DNA of 64,000 nucleotides from Escherichia coli (lineage in GTDB: Bacteria > Pseudomonadota > Gammaproteobacteria > Enterobacterales > Enterobacteriaceae): NCBI GenBank assembly GCA_023061495.1, contig GCA_023061495.1_3643.1. One strand, 5' to 3'. Positions 55,276 to 64,000 of this stretch are shown one piece after another. A program made the translations under genes and the position numbers. The number at the start of each line of letters is the position of its first letter. The stretch's first letter is position 1. Under the pieces are notes generated by a model. That model saw only the letters and a program-made list of their open reading frames with translations, did not search any database and was not told where the DNA came from.

Positions 55276-55856
55276 TAAGCATCTGCGAGATCGGCCTTAC
55301 CTTGTACCAAATTGATCCCATCTAGGAACCCAGGTTCAGATACTTCGCAGGCCTTAACCATCAACTTTTTATCCATTGTAACAGGTTTCTTCACAGCATG
55401 CTCTTTACCTGTCTTTTTGTCAAGCTTTTTCTTCTCCTCGAAAGCAAGTTCCTCAGGAAGATGACTACGAGCAAACTTTTTGGCAGTTGTTGGTGTCACT
55501 GTGTGGACCTTAAACAGGCCGTCATTTTCACAATCAGCTAAGGCATCCCAAAGCATAACTTCAAGACCGTAAAACAACCCAGCCAGTTCACGTGTGGCAT
55601 CACCGCGTGATCCAAAGGAAAGCCCTTCCATAACTACGGTGTCAACGCCGTGCGTGTGGATATAATATCTGACCTGTTTGCAGATCCAGTCAATACGCTC
55701 AGCAGCTGTTGCAAAAGAAACCGTCCCTGGTTTCTTCTCTTTTGCAGATGAGCTTTGAGTTCGTAACACAACCTTATGAACAGGCTTTCCATCGTCCCAT
55801 ACAACGCAAGCTGTGTGTGTCAACGACTGGTCTATGGATAATAGACGCTCTCTCAT
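55227..55856 (-). CDS. RuvC-like Holliday junction resolvase
   Basis: N-terminal LSIDQSLTHTACVV and VVMEGLSFGSRGD blocks. Confidence 0.5.
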   Translation of the reverse strand: MRERLLSIDQSLTHTACVVWDDGKPVHKVVLRTQSSSAKEKKPGTVSFATAAERIDWICKQVRYYIHTHGVDTVVMEGLSFGSRGDATRELAGLFYGLEVMLWDALADCENDGLFKVHTVTPTTAKKFARSHLPEELAFEEKKKLDKKTGKEHAVKKPVTMDKKLMVKACEVSEPGFLDGINLVQGKADLADAYWIGRAHLEGLSQSVK

Positions 55857-56188
55857 GCTTCCTCATCCTCCTCTCCTTCATCAGGAGCATAAGCCTTATC
55901 TTTGAACAAGACGAGAGAGCAAAGCTTAACATCTGTTTCCACACTGGTGAACATGCATAACCGCTCGCCCTCAATCAGCTCACAATCCTCTTTTAAAACA
56001 GCAGACCATACACGGTCATCTGCGTAATCATCCGTGTACAGGATGTATGAAATGGTGTCATCTTCATACAACCGCCACATACCTGTGGCAACAACGAATG
56101 TGTTTTTTGTTTTAAGTGTCCCTGTTGTATGATCATCCTCAAAAACAGCTTCCATAATTGCGTTATCTACAGCATTTTTAGTCATCAA
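55853..56188 (-). CDS. Hypothetical acidic protein
   Basis: ORF track. Confidence 0.45.
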   Translation of the reverse strand: MMTKNAVDNAIMEAVFEDDHTTGTLKTKNTFVVATGMWRLYEDDTISYILYTDDYADDRVWSAVLKEDCELIEGERLCMFTSVETDVKLCSLVLFKDKAYAPDEGEEDEEA

Positions 56189-57324
56189 ATTGCTCCAACA
56201 TTTCTAAGAACGTTAACAAGTTTTGTTTGATCATTGAATGTTCGCTTCATATACAAACAGTCAAAAATTATACTCATCCATTGACCTACGGAAATTCTGC
56301 GATCAATACCATTGAAGTCAGTATACTTAACAACACCTTTCGGGAACCACTTCTTGTACTGATCAATAATAGCCACCCACATCTCCTTTGGAGTGCTGCA
56401 CTGAGACAGTAGGTAGAATGCTGAGGCATCCCCGAACTTACCCTTACCGATAAGTCCTTGATACGGCTTGATATTGTCAGCAGAGTCACCACACAGCATT
56501 TGGTATCCGAAGAACAGCATCCCGTAACCACCAACCTCTCCATTAGGCTTCATGAAGATGTTCCCCATACCGTTATCGATCAGCATAGGGGTTTCCCTTA
56601 CAAAATCTCCCTTATCGTTTCGCATGGGATCGAACACAAGCCCCGGTAGTGTTCTTTGGTCCTTATCAATAGAGATAATAAACTTGTTGAACTTACCTGT
56701 TTTTTGGTAGTGGTTCCAACCTTCAAATTGCTGGATAGCTAACCAGTCGTCAGCCTCGATACCGTTGATCACTTGAGCATTATACTGCTTTTGGAGATAC
56801 TGTCTTGCATCTCCAAGCAGCAGTGGTCGAAGAGTATTGTTACGGTTGGCTTTATATCTTTCCGGCATGGGAAGATCTAGTCTGAAATTACCTGTTCCTC
56901 CAAGCACTCCTACGCACCGATCTTCAGGAATACCAAGATAGTTAAGGACTGCATTAGCTTTACACTTAATTGTGTGCAAGCAGTTCTCTACAGGATCAGG
57001 GGTTTGGATATCCAAGACATCGAAATCTTCGCGTGTCCACGGAATAAACTCCTTGCCAGCTTTTTTACATGCAGCTTCACGGTTGGTGTTCTCAGCCTTT
57101 AACCAACCGCCAACTGCGTTCTTCTGCCTCCCCCAAAACTCTGTTCGTGTTTTGAACACCTTCTTACGTCCGGAGGCTTTATGTGTTACCTCAATTGTCC
57201 TTTTTTCACAACTTGCTGCAGCTTGATATGCAACCTGATCGAAGTCATAATAGACTATAGCGTCAGGTTCAAGAAGATCGGCAAGACAATCTATGGACTC
57301 AATAAGTGGATATTCTCTACTCAA
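56185..57324 (-). CDS. 5'-3' exonuclease / flap endonuclease (RNase H-like)
   Basis: GIEADDW and LCGDSADNIKPY blocks; TTG start preceded by AGGAGG. Confidence 0.65.
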   Translation of the reverse strand: MSREYPLIESIDCLADLLEPDAIVYYDFDQVAYQAAASCEKRTIEVTHKASGRKKVFKTRTEFWGRQKNAVGGWLKAENTNREAACKKAGKEFIPWTREDFDVLDIQTPDPVENCLHTIKCKANAVLNYLGIPEDRCVGVLGGTGNFRLDLPMPERYKANRNNTLRPLLLGDARQYLQKQYNAQVINGIEADDWLAIQQFEGWNHYQKTGKFNKFIISIDKDQRTLPGLVFDPMRNDKGDFVRETPMLIDNGMGNIFMKPNGEVGGYGMLFFGYQMLCGDSADNIKPYQGLIGKGKFGDASAFYLLSQCSTPKEMWVAIIDQYKKWFPKGVVKYTDFNGIDRRISVGQWMSIIFDCLYMKRTFNDQTKLVNVLRNVGAI

Positions 57325-57625
57325 AGACCCTCCTGTTAGTTATTCTGCAAGATGGTTGGATGCTGTAATGGAATGCATCCTCACTTTCTGCAATAAGTGA
57401 CTCAACATCCCAATACTTTTCAAAAAGGAACGGATTGGAACCCCAATGATGAGTTATTTTCATCAAGGAGTCTGGTATCAGATAACCAGAGATCTTAATT
57501 ACATCGCCAGGTTGAATTGTGTTTTCATGAAGGTTGCTTGCCTTCTTCAGGATCATACCTTTATGATTCTCGTTTGCATACAACTGGACAATATCTTTAT
57601 CTTCAACAATAAAAATTTTAAGCAT
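57317..57625 (-). CDS. Hypothetical protein
   Basis: ATG start verified; promoter upstream. Confidence 0.5.
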   Translation of the reverse strand: MLKIFIVEDKDIVQLYANENHKGMILKKASNLHENTIQPGDVIKISGYLIPDSLMKITHHWGSNPFLFEKYWDVESLIAESEDAFHYSIQPSCRITNRRVFE

Positions 57626-57658
57626 ATCTAGTTCTCCTAGTTTATAAATACCTGAACG

Positions 57659-57688
57659 ATAATATCAGATTAATAACACTTTTGTCAA
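57659..57688 (-). promoter_or_regulatory. Sigma70-like promoter on minus strand (TTGACA-18-TATTAT)
   Basis: Reverse complement read directly from sequence. Confidence 0.45.
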
Positions 57689-57978
57689 GACTTTTTAGTC
57701 TTCCTTGGGGAGCTTTTTGTTGATTTTTTCCTTTTGTGGTAGATTCCAAGTGCAGCGTTTTCTTGGGCGCACGTTTTAACAGTTCTCAGACAAGAACTTT
57801 CAGCTTTAGGCAGGTTTAACTCCCACCAACCAAGCCAGTAAAGTTCTGATTCAGACAACTGCTCAGATTCAGCCTTCCGATACAATGATTGCATACCCCT
57901 AATAATATCGTCCAGAGGTGTATCGAATACAAAAGCTGTCTTATCAAATTTCTCTTTTACAGGTTTCTTAGCCATCAA
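57685..57978 (-). CDS. Hypothetical basic protein
   Basis: ORF track. Confidence 0.45.
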   Translation of the reverse strand: MMAKKPVKEKFDKTAFVFDTPLDDIIRGMQSLYRKAESEQLSESELYWLGWWELNLPKAESSCLRTVKTCAQENAALGIYHKRKKSTKSSPRKTKKS

Positions 57979-58432
57979 GGTAACCCTCTATCCACGAAAA
58001 GTCGGTCTTCCATTCCGGAACTTTACTAAGCTCCCGCCACTCTGCAAAGCAGTCTCGGTAATAAGCTTCAGCCATGCCCTTAGTGATCTTATTTACCTTA
58101 GCCAACTGATTAACTGCCTGAGCATATTTCCCACGGATATTTGCTAACCCAGGATGCACCGATGTGTGACAATCTGGGCACAGGGCTATCAGTCCGACAA
58201 GCCGGATCACCCCCTCTTCGAAGGTGTAAAGTTCATGACACTCCACAGGGTGTTTGCTACCTTTGCCACCACACACCTCGCAAGTGTAGTTGGCTTCTCT
58301 GTAGCACTTCTTACGGATCTTATCCCACTCACTCTTCTTCACAGCGTTTCGGAGGTTATTATACCAAGCTGTTTCTGGGATCAGTTGCACAATAAGCCTG
58401 CGTTCAGACTTCATTAAACGTCCGTCTTCCAC
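57968..58432 (-). CDS. HNH-like zinc-finger nuclease-fold protein
   Basis: CEVCGG...ECHELY...LCPDCH. Confidence 0.5.
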   Translation of the reverse strand: MEDGRLMKSERRLIVQLIPETAWYNNLRNAVKKSEWDKIRKKCYREANYTCEVCGGKGSKHPVECHELYTFEEGVIRLVGLIALCPDCHTSVHPGLANIRGKYAQAVNQLAKVNKITKGMAEAYYRDCFAEWRELSKVPEWKTDFSWIEGYLDG

Positions 58433-58441
58433 GTATCCTCC

Positions 58442-58648
58442 TCATTCAAAGAAATGGGTGCGAGGGCAGGAACCTGCCTCACCTTGTTTCACAAGCTCAT
58501 ATAGCTCACCTTGGCTTGTCTCATAAAGGCAAATACGTTTACCATTGTCCCGATATACATCTACAAGGTACGCTGTCTCACCTGCAAACACGACACCACA
58601 GACAAGGCATGCTGCCATGAACAAAATTGCCAACAGAAAATCTTTCAT
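58442..58648 (-). CDS. Small secreted/lipoprotein-like protein next to endolysin (spanin-like candidate)
   Basis: Hydrophobic N-terminus MKDFLLAILFMAACLVCG; position downstream of endolysin. Confidence 0.4.
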   Translation of the reverse strand: MKDFLLAILFMAACLVCGVVFAGETAYLVDVYRDNGKRICLYETSQGELYELVKQGEAGSCPRTHFFE

Positions 58649-58711
58649 GGTTAAACCCTACCAAACATTTTATGAGGTGACAATACCACGTCCGTGTGGT
58701 TATGTCAACCA

Positions 58712-59191
58712 TTAATCCAGTACTGTGCCTCCGGCTTTTCGGAAGACGTCCAGCATCTTCTCTATGTTTTCTACACGCTGATCATACAGTTTACCAGCCC
58801 CCGGTGGTGGTGGGAAACTTGCCCAACGGCTACGGCATTTATAGATAGCTGAACGGATCCTTCCTTCATAAATGTCATCAAGGGCTTTACATTCGCGGAT
58901 CAACTGTTTTGCTATGGCATCCTGACTTGCCGGACCAAAATCTCTTAAGCCAAGCTGCTTCATGTAATGCTTAGCGTATTTCTCCAGAATTTGGTATCTG
59001 CCAAATGCTGAAGAGGTAAGGCCCGGTCTTAATTTGACATAAATACCGGGATGCCTGCTGAGATCCTCTATGTATTTTCCACCAACAAGGATGTGGTACG
59101 AAGCATCTTCGCCACCATACCTGTCAGTACCTTCTGAGTGTGAAATCATCGAAAAAAATGCTCTCAATTGTACATTTTTATCTAGCTTCAT
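58712..59191 (-). CDS. Endolysin, lambda R-type lytic transglycosylase
   Basis: SEGTD...GRYQ...KQLGL...DF.P.SQDA...WAS.PGAG...AGGTV blocks collinear with lambda R as recalled. Confidence 0.75.
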   Translation of the reverse strand: MKLDKNVQLRAFFSMISHSEGTDRYGGEDASYHILVGGKYIEDLSRHPGIYVKLRPGLTSSAFGRYQILEKYAKHYMKQLGLRDFGPASQDAIAKQLIRECKALDDIYEGRIRSAIYKCRSRWASFPPPPGAGKLYDQRVENIEKMLDVFRKAGGTVLD

Positions 59192-59904
59192 TTAAACCTC
59201 CGATTAAACCACTCTTCCAACGAATCATCATGTTTTGCATATTCTGCGGATTTTCTGACGCATACAGCATCCCACCACTCCGTGTATTGCCCCAAATGAT
59301 ACCTTTTGCTGTTTTCAGCAATCTGAACTTGCCACTTGTCAGTATCGTGTCTCCATTTAACACCTGTACACCCAGATGTGTTATTAAGTTTTAGTATTTT
59401 GCCTTTATAAGTACCTGAAACTAGCTGTTTTCTTGCCTCTACAGCCTCATCTTTGGTCTTAAAGTACCCAGCAAACCTATCTCCTTCGAGGGTGTTATAT
59501 ACTGCATACCATAAACCACATTTCTTATAAACTCCTAAGTTACCGTGCGGGTTATTTTTCGGGAGTAAATTATTTCTTATACGGTCCTTGTTGTTATCAC
59601 TGTAGGTGCCCATAGAAAGATTTTCTATATTATCCTGGCCTTTTATATCATTTAAATGCCTGACAAGAAAGTTTTTTGTTAAAGAGTTATAAAACATGTC
59701 GTAAATAATTCTATGACGCTTCTTATCACCACCTTTATGAGAGTTGATTATAACATACCCTTGTGCATCATTACAACCAGCTTTTGTGCCAGCTTTTATG
59801 AAGAGTTGATTTTTACCTCGGCCTCTATAATGATTCTTTGTCCAAACTAGCTCCCCATCTTTGTACCAAAATGCAAAATTATCATTGAAGAAGAAATTAA
59901 TCAT
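59188..59904 (-). CDS. Free-standing HNH homing endonuclease with AP2 domain
   Basis: HNH-like DNIENLSMGTYSDNNKDRI; AP2-like GDRFAGYFKTKDEAVEARKQ. Confidence 0.65.
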   Translation of the reverse strand: MINFFFNDNFAFWYKDGELVWTKNHYRGRGKNQLFIKAGTKAGCNDAQGYVIINSHKGGDKKRHRIIYDMFYNSLTKNFLVRHLNDIKGQDNIENLSMGTYSDNNKDRIRNNLLPKNNPHGNLGVYKKCGLWYAVYNTLEGDRFAGYFKTKDEAVEARKQLVSGTYKGKILKLNNTSGCTGVKWRHDTDKWQVQIAENSKRYHLGQYTEWWDAVCVRKSAEYAKHDDSLEEWFNRRFK

Positions 59905-59925
59905 TTTTTTTTTANNNNNNNNNNN

Positions 59926-60011
59926 NNNNNNNNNNNNNNNNNNNNNNNNNNNNNNNNNNNNNNNNNNNNNNNNNNNNNNNNNNNNNNNNNNNNNNNNNNN
60001 NNNNNNNNNNN
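59926..60011. other. Assembly gap (run of N)
   Basis: 86 consecutive n characters. Confidence 0.95.
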
Positions 60012-60167
60012 TATTTTTTTTTTACTCTCCAATCTACTTATAGCATATCCGATCAACAACACTGTACAGCATGGTTATATTGCACAGTGCGAATATCAGG
60101 GCATATGCAGGTGCCAATTGAAAACACTCATTCAATTGGCTACCGTTATCTACTAAACATACCTAAA

Positions 60168-61451
60168 TTATTCCAGCACCTCCCAAGTGTCTGGGTTAAC
60201 ATTTCGGACGCAGATACCGACAGGGAATTGGTAGTTGTTGTCTTCTGTCCTTGCTTGATATTTGAAGGTGACAAACTTGCCGATCATTTCCTGCATCCTG
60301 TCATAGCTACGCTCCTCGTGCGTACCTTTCATCTTCATTTTAACAACAATACCTTCCTTGTCAACACAGATAAGAACACCTTCATCATTCTTATCTTTCT
60401 CAACGTCAATAACTTTCACCTCAGCATCGTTGAACTTTTTCCATTTCAATGCTTCAGATGTTCGCTGACCGTATTCGTATTTACCACAGAAGTTACGCAT
60501 GATAGTACCTTCATACCCTTCGGACATGAATACACCGACAGATTCTTCGCAATGATCAACTGTGTACGCAAGCTCTGCGTCAACAACCTTGATATGGTCA
60601 AGCATCAGAGTGGTAATGGTATCTTCTACATCCATAAGATCCTTGCAGCGTCCAGATTCTGTTTCTGGATCCCACCACACCTTGTCACTAGGAATATCAA
60701 AAATGTGATACTCTAGATCGTAGCTACAGTACCCACCGTAACGCAAATCATCACGAACAGGCTCAACATCAACAGGAATATCTACCTTGTTGAAGTTTTT
60801 GTATGTTGATAAGCCTGCCTTAATTGCGGCATGACGTCGTTTTTTATCTGCCTCGTAGTCTTTATCGATCTCGGCCTGAATCTCTTCCTGTGTGCGCCAC
60901 CGTTTAGCAAGAGACACTATTTTCTGCAGAGGCAGACCATGAATATAGATCTCTCCGTCGAGCTGTTTAATCCCGGTGGTGAAGTGGAAAGAACGAAGTT
61001 GCTCCAGAAGCTTTCCTTGAATAGGGTAGGACTTATTACCACGGGAAATAAATTTAGGCTCACCATTTTGGAAAACAACAAGTAGACGAAGGCCATCTAA
61101 CTTACGCAAGATCCAGCAAGGTAATTTAAGTGCCTTTCCACGCTTCAGGTAGTCATGCACCAGCATGGGTAAAAGGTCAACACCCTGCTCGCAATCTTCC
61201 ATATTTTCAACATACCCCAGACGGACTTGTTTTTCCCACTTACTGATCGCTTCCAGCTCAGCCTGTTGCTCAGCTGTAGTTTCATTGGCACGACCCACAT
61301 TCTTAGGTGTGCAGATCGTCTCTTTGTATTGCAGTTTACCATCAAGCTTGCCAAACTCTACGATAACCTTATCACCATCCGTGAATACTTTCCACTGTTG
61401 GTAGCTGCCATCTTTGTTCAGTGCGTACAGTGTTGTTTTGATCTGATGCAT
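60168..61451 (-). CDS. ATP-dependent DNA ligase
   Basis: Motif I RKLDGLRL (KxDGxR), motif IV-like SEGYEGTIMR, motif V-like LKWKKF. Confidence 0.65.
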   Translation of the reverse strand: MHQIKTTLYALNKDGSYQQWKVFTDGDKVIVEFGKLDGKLQYKETICTPKNVGRANETTAEQQAELEAISKWEKQVRLGYVENMEDCEQGVDLLPMLVHDYLKRGKALKLPCWILRKLDGLRLLVVFQNGEPKFISRGNKSYPIQGKLLEQLRSFHFTTGIKQLDGEIYIHGLPLQKIVSLAKRWRTQEEIQAEIDKDYEADKKRRHAAIKAGLSTYKNFNKVDIPVDVEPVRDDLRYGGYCSYDLEYHIFDIPSDKVWWDPETESGRCKDLMDVEDTITTLMLDHIKVVDAELAYTVDHCEESVGVFMSEGYEGTIMRNFCGKYEYGQRTSEALKWKKFNDAEVKVIDVEKDKNDEGVLICVDKEGIVVKMKMKGTHEERSYDRMQEMIGKFVTFKYQARTEDNNYQFPVGICVRNVNPDTWEVLE

Positions 61452-61720
61452 TACTCAGCCTCTTCCTTAAAAATTTTAAACATCTCTTCTTTGCTCATTA
61501 CCAACCAGTCTCCCATAAAGTCAACTAACCAATCCCCTTGGTACAAGACCAGGTTACCAAACGGCTCGACAAGCTCACACATGCGAAGAATATCTCTGGT
61601 TCGAACAGGTGACGATGTAAACACACCTGTATCAATCCACCGTTGCAGATCAGATACTGATGAAGAGCTTCCGTCAAACTGGTGTGCTTCTACAGGTTTA
61701 GCAAGATTAAATAACGGCAT
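61451..61720 (-). CDS. Hypothetical protein
   Basis: ORF track. Confidence 0.45.
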   Translation of the reverse strand: MPLFNLAKPVEAHQFDGSSSSVSDLQRWIDTGVFTSSPVRTRDILRMCELVEPFGNLVLYQGDWLVDFMGDWLVMSKEEMFKIFKEEAE

Positions 61721-62015
61721 TGCAGTCCTCCTTCTCTAATAGGTCTTTTATCGGGTAAACAAGCAGGTGCGGATCGTAATAACTTATAGTCTTATTCTGC
61801 CACACTATGAACTTAATTACAACTAAATTTACCACATCTTTATCCCCATGTAGTCCAACACACAAATTTGTCCATATTTTGTGGTTGAATACTTTGCTGT
61901 CGATGTAGATCTTAGTGTCAAACTTATCCTCTATCCTACCTATAAGTTTAACCAATTCTTTCATCTGATCACCAAACACAGCATCGTTTTCAAGATCTCT
62001 GGAGTGCTTGTACAT
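61707..62015 (-). CDS. Hypothetical protein
   Basis: ORF track. Confidence 0.45.
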   Translation of the reverse strand: MYKHSRDLENDAVFGDQMKELVKLIGRIEDKFDTKIYIDSKVFNHKIWTNLCVGLHGDKDVVNLVVIKFIVWQNKTISYYDPHLLVYPIKDLLEKEDCNAVI

Positions 62016-62043
62016 AACTTTCTACCTCACTTGCATACTTTCC

Positions 62044-62072
62044 GAAACAAGTAAAGCCGGGATCGCCCCGGC
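62044..62072 (-). terminator. Rho-independent terminator (minus strand)
   Basis: GCCGGG-GATCGC-CCCGGC followed by T-rich tract. Confidence 0.45.
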
Positions 62073-62079
62073 TATGTTA

Positions 62080-62793
62080 TTAAATATATTCTGTTACATC
62101 CTTGAAGCTTGAAGGCTTCATAATCTTACCTTTACTGTCGAGGAATATGATAACTTTATTTCCGTTGTAGAATTCTTCTTTAGCAACAAAACCTTCATAG
62201 CGACCATCAAAGCGTCGCTCAAGATCTTTAATCTCCAACTCGATGAGTTGTTCAGCAGGCATATCTGCACTGGCACCGTGTGAATACCGCAGATGGTTGA
62301 CGCGTGCAAACTTGCTGTCATTAGATTTTAGAACTTTCCGCATCATCCCGCACACATCACCGCGAAGCTGGAACAGCAAAGCTGTTGACAACTCTGCTAA
62401 GCGGTAAGCAGACGCTCTTTGCTTAGAGGTATTTTTAGCAGCGATCAGTGTATCATAAAATTCACCGATCTTAAACTTAAGACCTCGCGGATTATCAAAC
62501 AGGTTTGACCACTTTTCATGGTTATCGTTAACAAGATAGGCGGCATAACTTGTGACAACGTGAAGATCGCAGGCCTCTTTTAGGAGATGATCCCCACCAT
62601 CACCTTTCTCCAACTCTTCCAAAACTTCATTGAACTCTTCCTCAATGAAACTAAGTTGGAGTTCGAATGGTGTGTATGATTTTTTCACTTTAGCTGCTAC
62701 ACGGTTCCAATTTTCCACCCAGTTGGCAGACCAAAGGTAGTTTTCAGGTTGAGACAGTTTTTCCAGGTTGTCGATCAGTTTAGTATTCAGCAT
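62080..62793 (-). CDS. Hypothetical protein (possible MazG-like all-alpha NTP pyrophosphohydrolase)
   Basis: E-rich block LSFIEEEFNEVLEELEKGD; assignment tentative. Confidence 0.45.
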   Translation of the reverse strand: MLNTKLIDNLEKLSQPENYLWSANWVENWNRVAAKVKKSYTPFELQLSFIEEEFNEVLEELEKGDGGDHLLKEACDLHVVTSYAAYLVNDNHEKWSNLFDNPRGLKFKIGEFYDTLIAAKNTSKQRASAYRLAELSTALLFQLRGDVCGMMRKVLKSNDSKFARVNHLRYSHGASADMPAEQLIELEIKDLERRFDGRYEGFVAKEEFYNGNKVIIFLDSKGKIMKPSSFKDVTEYI

Positions 62794-62807
62794 TAGAAGG
62801 CCTCCGC

Positions 62808-63569
62808 TTACAGTTCCATAAAGTTTTCTACGATGTCAATAAATGTTTTATCAGAGAAAGCATCAACCGCCCCGTTAAACCAAACTGGGATGCCGCGATC
62901 CTCGTACTGGTAAATGTCACTACGTGAAATGCCATTCTCCCATAAATGCTGTGAGTCGTATTTGTTAACGATCAGTAGTTTAGTCCCATTATTACAGGCA
63001 GGGAATAGCTCCCAGTTAAAATTGATAACTGTGTTGGAACACCCTACAAGGATAACCATATCATTGCTCGTCAGAGAAGTCAACAGGTCATACATGTCTG
63101 TATATTTTGGAGCTACTTCTCCGAAGAACACTACATTAGGCTTGACCCAAGTATACTCGCTTGCATCTACCTCAGAGTATCCAATGTCTTTAATGACGTC
63201 ACTCCCTTCATCATCCTCATAGACTATTTCTGGCAAATATCCGTGGACATGTAAAATATCTTCATGTTTTACACCAGCACGCTCCAGCAAATCATCTACA
63301 TTGGTGGTCAGGTTGATCACACGACCAGACCAGCGGGAATACCACTCAGCGATCCGGAGATGTGCAAGGTTAGGCTCAACACTCCCCAAAGCTACACGAC
63401 GTGCATTGTAAAAGTCATGCACCTTATAGTAGTTCTTGGTAAAGGTGTGGATGTTACACACCTCATCGATGCTGAAATTCTCCCACATTGCAGTGCCACC
63501 AGATCGGAAAGTGGGGATACCAGATTCAGCGCTCAAACCAGCACCGGAGATAATGATCAGTCGTCGCAT
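62808..63569 (-). CDS. Sir2-family NAD-dependent protein (deacylase/ADP-ribosyltransferase-like)
   Basis: IIISGAGLSAESGIPTFRSGG matches the sirtuin NAD-binding signature; ATG start with GAGGA RBS. Confidence 0.65.
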   Translation of the reverse strand: MRRLIIISGAGLSAESGIPTFRSGGTAMWENFSIDEVCNIHTFTKNYYKVHDFYNARRVALGSVEPNLAHLRIAEWYSRWSGRVINLTTNVDDLLERAGVKHEDILHVHGYLPEIVYEDDEGSDVIKDIGYSEVDASEYTWVKPNVVFFGEVAPKYTDMYDLLTSLTSNDMVILVGCSNTVINFNWELFPACNNGTKLLIVNKYDSQHLWENGISRSDIYQYEDRGIPVWFNGAVDAFSDKTFIDIVENFMEL

Positions 63570-63577
63570 AAGTGTCC

Positions 63578-63928
63578 TCAGTAGATGTTTTGTTTAATCT
63601 CTATTCCAAACTTTTTAAACGAGTCAGCAGCAAGCATGAATTTACGAGCCGCTGATGGGTTAGAAGTATGCACGAAAATCTTCACGTTGTCAACTACAGG
63701 AGGCTTACCAAATACAAATTTTTCCTCCAGCATGGATAGGCAATCGTACCCTTCAAATACCTCTCCGAGATCGTTGTCCATGTGCCACTCAGAAACGCGC
63801 CTGTAGAGCTTTCCCTTATCGTTAATAAAATCCATAAACTCGGAGGAATTCTTTAGCCAAAGAGCATCTGGGAGCCCATAATTTGACGGATCTCTCAAGT
63901 CATCCAGCCACACAATCAACTTCTTCAT
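63578..63928 (-). CDS. Hypothetical protein
   Basis: ATG start with GAGGA RBS; ORF track. Confidence 0.5.
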   Translation of the reverse strand: MKKLIVWLDDLRDPSNYGLPDALWLKNSSEFMDFINDKGKLYRRVSEWHMDNDLGEVFEGYDCLSMLEEKFVFGKPPVVDNVKIFVHTSNPSAARKFMLAADSFKKFGIEIKQNIY

Positions 63929-64000
63929 TGCATATAGTCCTCGTTGTAGAAATAGCAGTCAAGTATCTCACGGCGTTCCTGTTCCAGGAGGCAATTCCAC

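Noticed and set aside
59861-60043. Track ORF spanning the N-run (translated as X residues)
   Set aside because: Artefact of reading through the assembly gap

Overview
This window reads as part of a large virulent dsDNA phage genome, probably of a Gram-negative host (lambda R-type endolysin, E. coli-like SSB C-terminal tail, sigma70-type promoters). All calls are from reading the sequence and the ORF track by eye; no searches or folding were run. Layout: (i) 1-4556 (+): 3' part of a family A DNA polymerase gene carrying an intein (1980-2948) and a group I intron (3360-4202) that splits motif C and encodes a frameshifted HNH endonuclease. (ii) 4.6-13.7 kb (+): tightly packed small genes, including a five- to six-member paralog family, SSB and a macro-domain protein. 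(iii) 13.7-14.8 kb: non-coding stretch with AT-rich iterons and GC-rich repeated elements. (iv) 14.8-23.8 kb (+): array of about 25 small genes, most with their own sigma70-like promoter, a GC hairpin in the 5' leader and a CA-rich leader, plus a 46-48 bp palindromic intergenic element in 3 copies and a degenerate fourth. (v) 23.8-26.4 kb: 2.6 kb repeat-dense non-coding region where + and - transcription converge, with nested palindromes and several short tandem-repeat families; candidate origin or packaging/terminal region. (vi) 26.4-38.1 kb (-): long array of small, mostly acidic proteins, many belonging to one paralog family (N-terminal MKVK/MKIE, C-terminal VEIVE-like), with an HPF/RaiA-like ribosome hibernation factor homolog embedded. 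(vii) 38-64 kb (-): nucleotide and DNA metabolism module: two N6-adenine methyltransferases, ClpP-like protease, PhoH, NrdG, NrdD (split by a second group I intron with its own HNH gene), glutaredoxin, NrdB, NrdA, ThyX, HAD phosphatase, dNMP kinase, DEDD exonuclease, endonuclease VII, RuvC-like resolvase, FEN-type 5'-3' exonuclease, endolysin, DNA ligase and a Sir2-like protein. An 86-nt run of N (59926-60011) is an assembly gap. Several gene starts are non-ATG (TTG/GTG), so start coordinates are approximate.
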